A DNA stretch of 64,000 nt from Calcarisporiella thermophila CBS 279.70 (Eukaryota > Fungi > Calcarisporiellomycota), in contig NW_027192205.1 in NCBI RefSeq assembly GCF_041956535.1, positions 600,870 through 664,869 on the forward strand. Reading direction: 5' to 3'. Position numbers and translations under genes: made by a program. The notes below the pieces were generated by a model. It saw nothing but the letters and a program-made list of their open reading frames with translations, was not told the DNA's origin and did no database searches. This document shows positions 63,427 to 64,000 of this stretch, one piece after another (the first letter of the stretch is position 1; each line of letters starts with the position of its first letter).

Positions 63427-63843
63427 TTCCCTTTTTTTGATTTTTTTTTCTCTACTAAGGTTGTTATCCTGCTCGAAGGGTTAAATCGTGGTATATTAAC
63501 TAAAATTCGGCTAAATCGCAGAGCATACAGATATCTTTTTTCGATGCTTGCTCCCCTCAATGACAAATTAGTTTATCAGGGGGGCATTGTGCGAATAATA
63601 TGGTTGCTTAATTTTGCTTATAAATGTACACTGAAGAGGGAATAGGGCTAGTAGTTGTGGTTATTGTGTTGTAGGGAAAATTCCGAAAGCTCAATTACAA
63701 TATCTACGATTTTCAGAGTGATCAGTTGTATAACAAATACTTTTGACTCCACTGAAAAATAATAAGCCTTTTGCCAAATTAACATTATAATGAGACGATA
63801 AATCCACGAAGTATATAAAAAACAAGAGTATTCAAAAATGTAT

Positions 63844-63916
63844 TGGAGAACCGGGGTATCGATCCCCGTGCCTCTCGCATGCTAAGCGAGCGCTCTACCA
63901 TTTGAGCTAGTCCCCC
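63844..63916 (-). tRNA. tRNA-Ala(AGC)
   Basis: GGGGGACTAGCTCAAATGGTAGAGCGCTCGCTTAGCATGCGAGAGGCACGGGGATCGATACCCCGGTTCTCCA; G3:U70 alanine identity pair. Confidence 0.95.
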
Positions 63917-64000
63917 ACATAATATATTAGTGTCATAAACTGAATCAGATATGAGGACTAACGAGATTGAAAACTACCCTCCGGCATCCGACTATCTGGA

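Overview
Eukaryotic, intron-containing fungal DNA. The short bacterial/plant-type leuA and the gene style suggest an early-diverging fungus, probably Mucoromycota (inference). About 18 protein genes: CutC (runs off the left edge), UTP10, an orphan with a 3x NGIFD motif, mitochondrial SSB, an expansin-like DPBB protein, a LEA_2-like membrane protein, adenylate cyclase, a BTB protein, a TPR/F-box/LRR protein, a MATE transporter, a small secreted protein, PheRS beta, 2-isopropylmalate synthase, ADE16/17, an Mms1/DDB1-like propeller, CAF40, a two-ring AAA ATPase, an acidic tail-anchored protein and a WOPR transcription factor. There are six intact tRNA genes and one degenerate tRNA-like A/B-box element. 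The main finding is a dispersed family of about five 5'-truncated, LINE-like (non-LTR) 3'-end fragments. They share an ORF C-terminus and/or a 3' tail with a stem-loop, AATAAA and poly(A). Four start about 70-85 bp from a tRNA gene or tRNA-like element with the 5' end facing it, and the fifth follows one of them in tandem. This looks like a Pol III/tRNA-gene-targeting retroelement, analogous to Dictyostelium TRE5/TRE3. Also notable: a Ty3/gypsy relic with integrase before RT, and a natural Walker-B E-to-Q AAA ATPase. Exon boundaries were read by eye and are approximate.
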